From Cenococcum geophilum (taxonomy: Eukaryota), in the NCBI GenBank assembly GCA_050273025.1, contig CP158636.1:930001-994000 (forward strand): DNA of 64,000 nucleotides. The letters run 5' to 3'. Every line of letters starts with the position of its first letter. Position 1 is the first letter of the stretch. The translations under genes were made by a program, and so were the position numbers. Positions 22,786-37,400 of this stretch are shown here, in pieces. Below the pieces are notes generated by a model. The model ran no database searches. It was not told the origin of the DNA and saw only the letters and a program-made list of their open reading frames with translations.

Positions 22786-25700
22786 GAAGAGTATAATATA
22801 GATTTCCTAGTTAAATATAAGGAAATCTGGCATAACTGCTTTACTTTTTAAAGAGAATAAAAACTAGAACTATGGGTTTAAATTATAGCCTATGGGGTTC
22901 CTACCCTACCTTTTCTAGGAGAAGGAGGCTCTAAGCTTCTAAAAGAAGAAATTGGGACCTTTAATCCTATAAGGTTATAAGGACTACCTAGATAGATCTT
23001 ATTTAGTGTAAAAAGACACAATCCATAGACTAGATTTAGCTCTATAGTTTTTACTATAGAGAACGAAGAAAAAAGACAAGAAATCCTTAAGTAAAAAGAG
23101 ATATCAATTGCAGGTACAGCTACTAAGGTAGTAAAATACCTCGAAGTCTCTCCTACTACGCAGTGTACGAGCTGCCAAAAATTTGGCTATATAGGAGATA
23201 GGTGCTCTACTAGGGCCTGCAGATACTGTGCAGCTGTATATTTATCTAAAGACTATTCCTGTTCTACCTGTATAATAACAGGCAGGCCTTACCAGCATAC
23301 CACCCCTCTTTGCATTAATTATAAAGAAAAACACTTTGCTAATAGTAAAGACTGCGAGACTCTTAAAGCTGCTAAACTAGTATGTGAAGAAGATTCTATG
23401 GAAGAATAAAACAGATAGGATTCTAGAAGGGGGTAACTCCTACTAGGCTCTTAAAATGATATTAAAGAGTAAAAGGACAGAAATAAACTGCAAAAGGACA
23501 GGGACAGGGGTTAGGATTTCTTATAGTTTTTCTTACCATTTTCTCATTCCCTAGTAGTTGTAGTATCTTAGTATTTTACTAGAAAACTATAAACTCCTAA
23601 TTTAGGGGTTTATAAACTACTAGGACATAGCTACTAGTACATATTAAGCTGCCTAGAAAGGATTTATGTATATAGAACTATAGCGTCATAGCCCAAGGCT
23701 GCATGCGCAGTATTGTACGTAGTATAATACAATGGATAAAAAAAAGTTATATAACGCTGCTTTATAGGGGTTGTTTTCCTTAACTAAAACGCTATAAGAT
23801 ACTATTCTCCGTCTTTTAATTAAGATATAATTGCCCCTAGGGCAAAGCCAAATATATCCGTTTTAAGGTATATATATAGCTCCTAGTAGAAGTATATTAG
23901 GATAGGCGCCAATGTAAATAAATCCTTTAACTAGTTTATTGCCTACTTAGTAGCTTTCCTAAATATAAAGGGTCCTAACTTCTTACTATTCTTAGATCCT
24001 TTTAGTAGATTGGTAATTGGAAGTATTACTTATAAATAGTAAATAATAAACCTTTAGTAGAAGTTCGCTATACCTAAAAAAACCTATACTTCTCTAAACG
24101 TTATAGGGTATAGCTATTCCCTAATAGCGTCTACCCGGCTTTTTTCTATTAATACTTTATTTATGCTAATGATAAAGCCTAGAAAATTAATGCTAGTGAT
24201 ATAAAACGAGTATTTTTTTAGGTTTATGTAGAGCTTATATTCCCGCAGTCTTTTAAGTACTATTCGTAGTTATTAGAGTAAACTATAATATTATTAAGAT
24301 AGACTATATATATCGTGTCTAATAGGCCTAATAATACCTTATTAATATAGGCCTGAAATATTACCGGTGTATTAGTGAGCCTAAATGGCATTACTAGGTA
24401 CTTAAAGTGGCCGTACTATATTTAGAACGTCGTTTTCTACTTATTACCGGCTTTAATCCGGATTCAATAGTATACATCTTTTAGATCTAGTTTTATAAAT
24501 ATCTTCGCGCCTAACAGCCTATTAATAAGCTCCCCTATTAAGGGTAGTAGGTAGTAATTCTTAATAGTAATCCTATTAAGCGCCTAATAGTTAATATAAA
24601 GGCGAAGGGTTCCGTCCTTCTTTAATATAAATATAATTAGTGCCCCTACCGGGCTTATAAAGGGCTGAATTTATCCTTTCTAAAGATTGTCTACTATATA
24701 CTGACGTAATACGGCTAGTTTGTTTTCTAATAAGTTATATAGTAGTCTAAAAGGAGGTTACTTGTCCCCTATATCTATCTTATACTTAACCAATATAGGA
24801 TTAAGTAAGGTCTGTATAGCCTCTTTATTGGAAACCTCTTCTAGGTCTATATATTCCTGCAGAATCTCTAGTTCCTTAACTGCGTATAGCCAGATATCCG
24901 AAAATAAATACCCTATATCTTTATTCTTAGGGTTAAGAGTAGCATATATAGTATATGCCCACCCTTCTTCTTATATATAGCTTAGGAAAGTCTCTTAATC
25001 CTTAACTATAATACGCGGTTAAGACTTCTAGTGTCGATATAAGGCTAAAGGCCAATTAATGTCTGGATTAACTTGGTAAAGCCATAGGTATCCTAGAATA
25101 AGATTATACCCCTTAATTTCTATAGCGCAGAAGCGTATCTCCTACGTGTCCTATAGACTGTTACGGTCCTAGCTAGTAACAAAAAATGTTTATTTCCTAT
25201 AGTACAGAATCCAGTAGCCTCTAATACTTTAAATGGTGCGCACCTATAAGCCGCTAAGATCCAAATCTAATTCTTTTACTAGTAATTAAGAAATAAACTC
25301 TATACTTGCGCCGCTGTCCATAAAGCAGTCTTACATTACCTATTTATTATTAACTTAAATAGAGACAGGAATAACTATATAATGGTTTACTCCCTCCTTC
25401 TCTTACTAGCCTAGTATAAGGGAGTAAAGATCCACTAAGCTGTCTCTTTTCCTAATTAGGCCGACTCTTACTTTTTTTTACTAGTAGAAGCGGCTTATAT
25501 AGCCCTTCTTGCCACAGTTATAATAGGTATATATCTCCCGGTTCCCCTCCTACGGATTAGATCTCTACCTATTATTATTTTAGGGTTAACTAGCGTTACT
25601 CTAAGGCTGTAAGGCCTGCTTACGTTATCCTTCCGTAGAGCGGTTAGGTCGGAATTTGCCCCTATTATTAAAGCTAGGTCTAGTCCTACGCTCTTTATCG

Positions 25701-27016
25701 TTAGCGTCTTATTCCCTTTACTTGCCTAAATAGTCTCTTTTAGTATTCTTAATTTAAGTAGCTTTAGAGGTAAGCTTTTCTTAAGAGGTAGGAATTTCGC
25801 CCTTCTCCTAAATAGCCTGTTAAATCTTAGGTTATAGCTTGGTAAGTAGCTAGTAAAGTTATATAGCATTATCCTATAGGTCTAAGTAGGGTGTATTATC
25901 TTCTAGCTCTTCTAAGTAGTTTATAAACTAGACTATACTCTAGCCTTCTTACTGTTTAGCGTTATAGTATTACTAGTTATAATATATCCCTTAATTAGTA
26001 GGGTTTTAGACCTAATTAACTAACCAGGTCTTAAGTTCGCTAAATTTAAGGGGTGTGGTAAGTTTCTTCTTATAGCGTATTTATAAACTCTTAATGGTGC
26101 CACATAGGAAGGTAGAAGCAATTAGTATCTAATTATACTTATTAGAGTAACATTTTAGATCTAGCTAAAACTTAGTTTCGTATTAATAAATAAAACGATT
26201 ATAGTTCCAGAGACTATTACTATTATACTTATTAGGTTCCTTTATACGGAATCTAGGTTTTTTTAATGTTATAGCGTAGTATAGCATTGCCTCTTTAAGT
26301 CCGCTTTGTGTCTAGGGTATCTATACTTTTCCTAACTATTCTTATAATTGTTTTTAGTAGTCCTAATATACTTATCTTAATTATATCTCTAACTCTTTTA
26401 TTTTTTATAGGGTCTCGCGTAGCAACCACTTTAATAACTCCCTAGTAGTAATTATTTTTAAGGGTCTCGTAAAGTTAAACGGACTAGCCGTGGCTTCTTA
26501 GTCTACTCTTTTATAAGTAGAGGGAATATACTCCTTTAAGGGGACTCTCTAAGCCTCCTGTAGTAAGGGCGTTGCTTCATAGGGTATAGGAGTATAGTCC
26601 GTTATCGTTAATTAATAGTTATACGTTCCTAACAGATTGTAAGTAATTAGAATTATAAGAGGCCAGCTTAACCAGAACATATAATTATTTAATTAATAGT
26701 ATTACTGGTAAGTAGAAGGTAAGTCAAAGGTATATTAAAGGTAAGTAAAAGGTAGAATAAGTTTTTACGTATTAAGGGGCAAATGCTTCTAACTACTTCT
26801 ATTTAAAGACTAATTGCTAGTTCTTCTCTAGAGGGGAACTAGCTTCCTATATATTTCTTTTAAGACGCTAGTAAAACCTTTCGCCCCTAACCTGTTTAAC
26901 TGTGTCTTCTGGAATATAGATAGGATATAAATAAAACCTCCTACCGTCTTATCGGATATGTACCTCCTGGGGGATTTCGTTACACTAGAGCTCCGCCTTT
27001 ATAAAAGGGGGGGTAA

Positions 27017-27209
27017 TATTACAAAACCCTACCGTAGGGGCCTCTATAGGAGAGCCCCGTACTCTTCTATATACCTTACGTATAGCTTATATTAGCTACA
27101 CGTAGGTATATTACCTCCTTACGCCCTTAACCCTTACAATTAATTACGTAACGTCTTATAGACTCCTTAAATATATACGCTCTATAGCTACTACCTATGT
27201 TCCGTAATA
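27017..27209 (+). mobile_element. 3' LTR (193 bp) of Gypsy A copy 1, preceded by PPT
   Basis: Matches 40058-40250 and 59334-59526; G-run at ~27007-27013. Confidence 0.92.
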
Positions 27210-30199
27210 CGTTAATATAAGAGACGCTAACCTAACTAAGTAGGGCTCGCTACTATATAAAGCTTAATATTATCTCTATATTTAACCATCTCTATATAGT
27301 AAAAGGAGATAAATAGCTTACTGTATTTTGTACTCGGTATAGATTATTTAAATACTTAATAACGCTATTTAGCCTTATAAATGCCCCAAGCTCGTTTTAA
27401 TATTACGTAAATAATACCTTATATCCCTACCTAGACATCTTCTATACCGCTTATATTAACGATATCTTAATATATAGTAATAACCTAACTAAATACTAAA
27501 AATATATTAACCTTATTTTATAAGCCTTGCACGGAGCTAGTCTATAATTAGATATAGATAAATACAAGTTCTATAAAATGGAAGTCCTATACCTTAGACT
27601 TTTTATCTCTATAAATAGTATATAAATAGACCCGAAGAAAGTTAAAGTAATTATAAACTAATAAGAACCTAAGAACGTTAAGGACGTAAGAGCCGTTATA
27701 GGATTTGCTAATTTCTACTAATAGTTTATTAATAACTTCTCCGCCTTAGTTTTACCCCTTATAGCTCTAACCTATAAAAATAAAGCCTTTATCTTTAATA
27801 AGGAATATAAAAAGGCCTTTACCTATCTAAAGGTTATATTTATAACCGCGCTAGTACTTTAACACTTTAACCTAAACTAAATAAGTGTTATAAAAGCTAA
27901 CTTATCTAACTACGTTACTAGAGGTATCCTGTCTTAATATAACAATAATAGAGTATTACACCCTATAGTATACTTCTTAAAATAACTAAGCCTAGCTAAA
28001 TATAACTACGATATCTACAATAAGGAATTATTAGCTATTATTAAATATTTTAAACAATAGCGACTTAAACTAGAAGGCGCTGGATTTTTAATTAAGGTCC
28101 TTAGCGACTATAAGAACCTATAGTACTTTATAACTATAAAACAGCTAAGCTACCGTTAGGCCCGCTAGTTAGAATACCTATTCTATTTTTAATTCTTAAT
28201 TATATACCGCCTAGGCGTTTAAGGCTAAAAGCCTAATATCCTAACCTAATACTTATAAGACGCGCTAGCACTAGAAAAAGCGCGCTCTTACTAAAATTAG
28301 ACCCTACTTTGCCCTAAACTATTTAACCTTCCTATTAAAGATATTATAGTATACGTCCTTAAAATAATTAATTAATTAATTAAATAGATTATAACTAATA
28401 AATACCTAAATAATGAGTTTATCTAAGAGACGCTTAAGCTAATATAAAATGGCATTAAACGCTCTAAAATGATTTCTTTAAGTAAATACAAAGCCCGCGG
28501 GAACCGCTTATACTACTAGAACTGCCTAGTTATACCTAACTATAACAAACTTAAGCTTAAGCTCCTTAAATACGTATACGACCTACTAGTAGCCGGCTAC
28601 CTAGGCTAAGGAAAAACCCTAAAGCTACTCTAATAAGAGTATTACTGGCTAAATATATATAATATAATATAAAGATATATCTCTAGCTGCTATATCTACT
28701 AATAAGCTAAAGCTTTATATGAGATATATAATGGCCTACTAAAGCTATTACCTATTCCGGACCGAAGATAGAAGGATATTTTAATTAACTTTATTATTAA
28801 CCTCCCTATAAGTAAAGGCTATATAAATATTATAGTAGTTATAGACCAACTATTTAAGATAAGGCACTTAATCGCCTACCGTTGCCTAACTGTTCCTAGA
28901 TTATATATAGAAACTTTACAGACTCCCTAAAACGATTATCTCTAATAGAAGCAGCTAGTTTATCTTTATATTTTAGAAAAAACTAACTACTTAACTTCGC
29001 ATTAAAGCACTACTATCTACTATATACTACCTAAAAATGGACGGTTAAATAGAATATATAAACGCTATAATAGAATAGTATATCCAGATATATACGTTAT
29101 ACTTATAAAATAACTAGATTAATTAGCTTATATTCGCTAAGTTTATAGCAAATAATTCCGTCTTACAAACTATAAAGGTCTCTCTATTCCTAGCTAACTA
29201 CAGCTAGTATCTATAAATAGGTTTTAAACCCTTTAGTAATGTCCCTTACCCCACTTATTATGCCTTATAAGTTATAGAAGTAAATAAATTTATAGAAAAG
29301 ATGGAGGAACTATAACAGCTCCTTACTAATAAAATAATATAGGCTTAATCTGTCTATAAAGCTATAGCGAATAAGAAATAAACCCTAGCACCGGTTTATT
29401 AAATTAATAACTTTATCTAGCTAGATATAAGAAATCTAAATATAAAACAACCTGCTAAAAAACTTAATTAGAAGAACGCTGGCCATTATAAAGTTAAGAA
29501 GGTTGTCTCCTCTTACTCCTATTAATTAAAGCTCCCTAATACGGTTTAAATCCACCCTATATTCTATACGTTAGTCCTCTACCCTACTACCCCTATATTA
29601 AATGCTCTGCCTAAATAGATATAGGACCCTCCCCTACTAGTTAAAGTAGATAGTAAGAACAAGTACTTTATTAAAAGAATTAATAACATTAAGTATAATA
29701 AATGGAAACGCTAATATATATATCTTACGAAATAGAGAGGCTTTACTAAGCCCTTATAGGAACCCGTTAACTTTATAGGACTTATATAAGCTACAGAAGA
29801 CTTTTATAAACTCTACCTAAAACTACTATAGCCCTATCTCGCAGAAGCTCGAGTTTAAAGGGGGGGTACTGTTATGGGATACCCCCGTAACACCTTATAT
29901 ACGCCTACCTATTTCTACTAACTACGAGACTATAATTTACCGCGACCTATAGCAATCTAACGGCAACCTGCTATATTCCGCTAAGTTCTACTAAATTCTG
30001 CTAGGACTATAACCCGAACCCTATTCTGCTCTATATATATATTAACTATATAACTAAGTTAATAATATATAACCTTTCTCCTTATTTTTCTACCTTTTTT
30101 CCTTATATAACGTCTTAATCTTATTATATAGTTTATATACATAGCTTAATAATATCTACTTTGCTATATATTATCGTTACTTATACTTACTCCGTAATA
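27210..30199 (+). mobile_element. Gypsy family E 3' part: RT-RNase H-integrase-chromodomain plus 3' LTR (29870-30199)
   Basis: De-RIPed LI.ETL..LSRARY..KLDII, AYIDDILIYS, YDIYDKELLAII, VAGHLG.GKTL, HPVF, YL.KWRG; PPT AAAGGGGGGGTAC then TGTTATGGG...CCGTAATA. Confidence 0.9.
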
Positions 30200-31495
30200 T
30201 CTAATAACTTTCTAATCTAGAGCTCCTCTAGATCGGCAACCGCGTTAAATTTACACACTTTACCGTATGTAGTAGTTAAATCTAAGGTCTTAGCATTAGA
30301 TTAATCTAGAGCTTTTTTTTCCAGGTCAATTATTGAGTTGAATTTAGAGCTCTGCTCATACGCCCATCTAATTACCTACCACTACCACCCTTACTAATGA
30401 CGGTATTACTGCAGCAGCTGTAGGCCCTATACGATGGCGTATTTATTATAATGTATACTATAATACATTTCTTCTTTCCTCTATATTAGGCCCTAGTTAT
30501 AATTAAGAGAGATATACTACTAGGGCTTTAAGTTTTCTAAAGGCTAAGCTAACTTCTCTTTATTAGCCTACTTCTAGTATTCCTTATAGTAGCCACCTAT
30601 AGTCCTTTAACTCGCGTACATAGCACCGGCGTCTAGGGGGTCCCTTAAGCCATTTAGCTTTTAGGTAGTTTTCCTAGAAGTTTACTTAAAGTATTGCCCT
30701 TTTTAGGTTCTGTTCCCTAAACCTAACTCTATAAAGTCTATGCTATAACCGCGTTTTATATATAATAATTTGCCGCTACTACTTACGCGATCTTCCGCGA
30801 GCTTTATAATATTAAGCAATTACTTTATATAGCGGATTTTATTAAAAAGGTCCTTAGTAGTTCTTACCTATTAGGCGAAGTTCTATTATAAGAGCTCTAC
30901 TTATAGGTAGGCTAGGAGATATAAGAAGTAAAAGTCTACCTATTATTTAGGATTAACAAAAGGGGTATATAAAAAGAGGTTCTTTAAGCTACGTATATAG
31001 GCTAGAAAGACGTTAAACCTCTAGTTCTCCTTTATAATAGCTATATAGTATATTATAGCGTTATTAAAGCGTCTTACTATAGGGTTCCTAACCTAGTCTT
31101 AGACTATAGTCTTAAACTTATCCTATAGTAAAGGACTCTTATCCTTAGTACCTAATTAACGATAAACTAGTTAAGTAATTGTCTTTTTTTTTATAAAACC
31201 TTTAATGGCCTAGCGCGTGCGTCACTTATAGTTATAGTTAGCGTTATTAACCTTAAATCGGTTCTTAACTGCAGCAATCTACCAGTTAAAATGCTGTTAA
31301 GTAATACCGCTAATATTAGGTAGTAACTTCTTAACTAGGGCGTTAATATTTATTTAGCGTATGCGTTCGCTATATAACTTATACTCTTTACTAAAAAGGT
31401 AACTAGAGGGCTTTATTAAATTAATAATACTCTATAAGTTAGCTATTTTCTTAGCCAGCTTATCTAGCTCCTTTATATTAGTGGTATTAGGTAGA

Positions 31496-34400
31496 TATTA
31501 CGGACGCTTTAAGTACAATATTACGACTACTTAGGGAAGAGTCGGAAGAAGCTAGTTGGTTGATTTAGGCACAGGCTAGGATGGAGCCGATAGAACTATA
31601 TGACGAGGAATGGTAACTAAGGTCATATAATATGCTACGTATAAAACGAGAGGAATAGGAGGAACTTATGTACCTTATATATAAGACGTATATTATGTAT
31701 AAGAAGGATTTTATAGGAGTGCGGTTGTATATTTAAGGACCCTTAGTCCCTACCTAGATAGTTTCTTCCTTATAGTAATTCTTAGAATATAATTAGAGTT
31801 AATCTATTAGGCAACCACTCCACTAGTTATTATTACGTTATTAACTTTACCTTATATTACCTATACACCTAGCCTAATAATAAGCCCACCGTAGTCCTTG
31901 CTATAAGGTTCCGTTATACAATTACTACCTAGTTATAGTATTAAGAATAGAAAGTTGAATAACATGCCACCAAAAGCAGCCACTACAACGCCATTGACGG
32001 CGGCAACTGCTTTAAGGTCAGGTGACACTAGTATGGCAGATACTAACTTATAGCAACCTATGACGGTCGGACAACTATAAGAGATAGTTAACTAGTTAAT
32101 AGTAAATAACGCAGTAATAGAAGAAAGGGTTAATAGAATTAGAGTAGTAAAGATTAAGTTACTATCTATCAAAAGGTACTTGGGAGAAAGATTAAAGCTT
32201 AAAGGATTTCTTACGTAAATGCACTTTAAGGTTACGTAAGAAGGAGCTAAACTACTAACACCTATAGATCGAATAGCCTATGCAGGACTATTCCTGTTAG
32301 GAAGGGCACTTAAATAGTTTAAGCTTTACCTTATGGAGATATAAGTAAATAGAATGACGACCACTAATTAAGAGGTGTGGTTTATATTTTTAAGCTAGGG
32401 AGGGCTCGCGGAATGACTTATATAGATATTCGGAGATTTAAAGGCGGTAACTATAGCAGAAAGAAGACTCTAAGATATTACGTAACGAACCTTAGCAATT
32501 AAGTATATAACGCAGTTCTAAACGCTAGCTATATAAGTTAAGTGGAATAATAAGGCGCTTATAGCATAGTATAAACAGGGACTTAAGGCTAAAGTTTAGG
32601 ACGCGATTATCCTAATAGAAGATGCGGACACCCTAAGGGAACTAATAGATTAAGCAATTAAGATTAATAATTGGATCTACTAAAGGGAACAGGCTAAGAG
32701 AGGCTAGGATAGAGTTCTATAGTTATATAAGACGCAAAGTACATAACAACTAAAGCTAAGTTAGAAAATATAGTATAGCGTAGAGCTAATAAACCTAAGC
32801 GGTACTAAAGAAGCCTATAAGAGATAGAGTAAAAAACTATAGAAACCTAGAGGTTAAGGATCTAGTAATTATAGGACTAAGAAGTAGAGGCTAAACCAGA
32901 GATCTTAGCAGCAGAAAATATTTAGGCGGACTCTATAATAAAGTTAATGGTTTAAAGATAGAGCTTATATAAATTGCGGGAAATAAGGTTACTTCGCGAG
33001 GGATTATAAAGATAGTTAGAGATATTATATAATAAAGGGAACTAGATTAACGGCAGAAGACATATATATACAAAGGGACGATAGTATACTGCGAGAAATA
33101 AAAGAGTGTTTAATTAAAAGTTTCGCGTTCTATTATAACAACGCATGCTAAATATATAAAGACGCTAAGTATAGCGTAAGCTATTGGCCGTAGGAGCTAA
33201 AATCTATAGAGTATAAAGGAACTAACGAGCCAGTTCGTAGATCGGATATTAAGGATAATAAATTTAATATAGGCGAAACATTTTATAACAATAAGGTAAT
33301 AAAGGCAGTTTACTAGGAATATATAGACCTTAGAGATATTATAATAGAGGCAGAGGATGATTCTATTATAGAATAGGGAATATTAGTAGGGATTAAGACC
33401 CTACTAGATATAATGTCTATCGCTTTACAAGACGCAAGAGAAGTAGGATAGTAAACCACTTCGGTACTTAATAAAGGTAAAAGGCCAAAGGATTAAGATT
33501 CTTAAGATGAGATAAGAGATAACTAAGATTCTTAAGATAAGATAAGGTAAGCTTAAGAACCTATAATGGATAAAAACCGATGGAGTAGAGCAGTAGCTTA
33601 GTTTAGCGATATACGAATGAGCTTAGGATAGAGTTTCCCACAGGTATAAGACTCTTAAGACGAGATAAGTAAGATTTAAGACTCTTAAGACGAGATAAGA
33701 ATACCTAAGCCTAGTTGGACTAAGGCAGGAGCTAAGCTTAAGTTAGAAGCAAGCTTAGGATTAAAGAATCTAAGGGACTAAGAATTCGGAGTACAAATAA
33801 GGACACCTATAGGTAAGAGGTAAGCAGCTTCGTTATAGATTAGAGAATCTATAATATAAACAGTAGTTAAACTAGGAGATAGGTATATAGACCTAGAAGA
33901 CCTATTAGGAGAATATAGTGTTCGGCCTAAAGATTAAGATGTTAATACTAAGATTAAGAAGTAAGAAGACTTTAAGGATCTACTTGTAAGGCGCGAAAAG
34001 AAAGAAACCATAAAGGAATTTAGAGTAAGAATTACCTTATAGCAAGATTAGAAACTAGATAAGAGATTTAGTATACTAGGTCGTATAAGGGATAAAGCAC
34101 CTATATAAAGAATTACTAATAGGCCTAGGGCAGGTATACTAAGAGCTAAGTAGCTTACCGAACTGGAACAAGAAGAGGATCTTAGGATTCTAACTAGGTT
34201 TAAAAAACAACATATAAAAGGCTATCACGACGTAGTAATAAGAAGATACTTCCTTCTAGATGAGCCGTATACACTTTAGTAGCTATACTAAAAGTGGTAT
34301 AGACAAAGATATAATGACGAGTGGGAAGATTTCTATATGTAGTTAGACGAAAAAGTTATCTAAAACCACTTAATTACAGAGAAGGCTATAAGTTATGTTA

Positions 34401-37400
34401 AAGGAGCCTTAATTATAACGTTAAAAGATCTAGAGGAGCGATTAGAGGACTAAAGAAGTAAGAGGTAAATTACAGTACCTATAAATAAAGTTATAACGCT
34501 TAGATTAATATAAGAGAGATTTAAACTTAAGAATAAAGATAAGCCAAGAGTTAACTTAAGACACTAAGTATATTATACATTAGTATGGATTGCGTGCGTA
34601 GATAATGCGTATAATATATATAAAGTACTAAAAGATAAGAACCGGAAGTACCCAGTAAGGATATACTAGTTATTAGACGAGGCGAAATATTAAAACGCCA
34701 GGTATATATATGGTTGGCACTTAATAGAAGTGCAAAGCTAAGGCGATTTAATATTTTAACTAGGAAGATTCCTTACGGAAGAATGCCTAGACGGATAATA
34801 GTAATAGAAATGCCTAAAGAACACGTGTCTATGGCATATTAAGGACAAAAAAAGAACTAAATATTGGCCTAAGTTGGACCAAATACAAGCAAGATTAAGC
34901 AGCTAATAGTTAGGAAAAGTAGAGGCCTATAGGACTAGAGGGAACTAGTAATAGAGCCTTAGACCCTTAAAGGAATTTAAGGATAACACCTAAATCTACG
35001 AGTTAAGTGGCAAGATTAACAGTTTAAGGCATTAATAGATAGTGGAGTAATAAGGAACTATATCTTATTAATAGCAGTTAAAAGAATAGGGTTACCATAT
35101 AGGAAAAAGGAGTACTCTTACCTATTAGTAACAATTTTAGGAGATCTAATAGCCTACAGAGGAGGTATTATTAATCTTAAAACAGGACCTATTTAGTTAA
35201 CTATTAAAGGGAGATAAATTAAGATATCTTTTAATATATTACCATTAGGAAATAATAAGGCAGTACTAGGAATACCTTAGTTATAGGAATATAATCCAAG
35301 GATCGATTGGGTTATAGGTTAGGTTAATATTAGGGATACTTAATACCGCAAGATATGATAATAAGCTAAGTTAGTATAGTACTAAGTAGGAGCAACCTAT
35401 AAAGAAATAGAAAAGGGACTAAGTTATGTACTAAAAAGATACTATAAGTATGGTAAAAAACTATGGTTACTAAAAAGTAAAAAGCTATTAGAGTACGTAG
35501 TATAGGACTATAAGATAGAATTAGAACTAGGAATAAGTTTAAGGTTCTTTCTAATCTACAAGCTTACCGAAGAGGAAGGTAGAGCATTAAAAGAGTTTAT
35601 TTAGGAAAATCTATAAAAGGGATATATTAGACCATCGCAGTTATTAGCGGGTTATCTAGTACTGTTCGTACTAAAGAAGAAAGGTAAACTAAGGCTGTGT
35701 ATCGACTATAAGTAGTTAAATAGCATTACTAGGAAGGATAGGTATTCTTTACCCTTAATTAGCGAAATCTAAGATAGGATAGGTAACGCGTAAATCTTTA
35801 TAAAGATAGACCTAAGATAGGCATACCATTAGATTAGAATTAAGGAAGGCAATAAATAGAAGGCAGCCTTTAGGTTAAAGGAAGGACTATATAAACTATT
35901 AGTTATACAATTTAGGCTTATAAACGCACTAGCAACGTTCTAGAAGCGCATTAATAATATATTAGGAGAATACTTGGATAAGTTTATTATGGTATATTTT
36001 AATGATATTATTATCTACTTAATAACTAAGAAAGAATACGGAGAATACGTTAAATAGGTTTTAAAGAGACTATAGGAAGAATAGATGCTAGTAGTAATTA
36101 AGAAATACAAGTTCTTTACTAGGAAAACCAATTTCGTTAGATTTATTATTAAACTAGGCCAACTTAGTATAGATCTAAAAAAGATCGAGGCTATAGTAAA
36201 TTGGTAGGAACTAGAGAACGTTATATAGTTAAGATTATTTTTAGGGTTCTACAATTACTGCAGAAGGTTTATAGCGCAATAGTTAAAGAATATTAAACCA
36301 TTTACGCGATTAACGAAGAAAGAAGAACTATAGGTATAGGGAAAAGAGTAGCAAGAGTTATTTAAAAAGGTTAAAGAGATATTTACCTAAGAGCTAGTTC
36401 TTAAGATCTATTAACTAGGACTAGAAACGATTATAGAAACGGATGCATTAGACTATATACTAGGGGTATGCTTTATATAGAAATATTAAAATAAATAGCA
36501 CCTAGTAGTATACTACAGTTGGAAGATAATACTACTAGAGTTAAACCATAGCATCTATAATAAGGAGTTGTTAGGTATAGTTATAGTACTAAAGAAATAG
36601 AGAGTATTCTTATAAGGTATAGAAAAACTATTTATGGTTAAAATAGATTATAAAAACCTAATAGGATTCTTAATAATAAAGGAACTTAACTAAAGATAAG
36701 TTAGATAGGTAGAGATGCTTATAGAATACTATTCTAAGATTTAGTATACTAGAGGTATAGACAATACAAGAGCAGACGCTCTAAGTTAAAAAGCTAAACT
36801 ATAAAATAACAAAAGGCCATTAGGGGCTTTACTGCGAAAAGATATAGACGGATTAATTAGGTATAATTATCCAAAAATTATAGCAACTTAAGAAAATAAT
36901 AAACTATAGAAAGTTTACAAGTTACTAGAAAGCTTTTAGGTATAAAGAATTTTAGAGGTATAGCTAGAAGATCTATAGACGGATATATATAAAAATTAAG
37001 AAGTAAAGTATATCCTAAGAAGTATAGTAGAATAATTTATAAAGGAATTCTATAAGGGATTAACTTAAGGATATAATAGAGCTATAGGCTTAGTGTTAAG
37101 ACTCTAAAAGGAGTATATTATTAATAGAATCTAGGGCTTAACGCGAAAAGTTATAAAAGAATATTTAAATTGCTAGAGAAATAAACTAATAAGGTATAAG
37201 CTATATAGAGGGCTATAACCTATTAAAGTACTAGAGAGACTATAGGAGGTTATATTATAGGACTTTATTATTAAGTTATTAAAGTTAAGAGATCCTATTA
37301 CCGGACAAGATTATAACGCGATTTTAGTAATAGTAGATAAGCTTATAAAGTGGGGATACTTTATAGTATATATAGAAGAAATATCGGTAGAAGATGTTGC

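Larger units (their letters stand above)
14011..23409 (+). pseudogene. LINE (Tad1-like) ORF1/gag pseudogene, ~461 codons in two pieces (14011-14777, 22791-23409) split by Gypsy C1
   Basis: MPRPGRPKKKP start, TYAERLK motif, C-terminal knuckles QCTSCQKFG(H)...C, CRYCAA.(H), CIN(C)KEKHFANSKDC; frame is continuous after removing C1 and one GAAGA; A8 run at 23738-23745. Confidence 0.85.
5380..26984 (-). mobile_element. Gypsy family B, full length with nested insertions; LTRs 5380-5896 (contains a solo LTR) and 26654-26984 (331 bp)
   Basis: Matching LTRs; TSD CCGGA (5375-5379) / CTAGA (26985-26989, RIPed). Minus strand: Gag with CYNCGKKGH knuckle ~25500, RT VMPFGLTN ~24380, RNase H ~23800 and ~10200, integrase SDRGTVFNSAF ~8700-9060, chromodomain-like ~8000. 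Confidence 0.92.

Noticed and set aside
26638..26653. TG at 26638 as the boundary of the B LTR
   Set aside because: Alignment with 5380 and the TSD place the boundary at 26654; this stretch is the PBS region.
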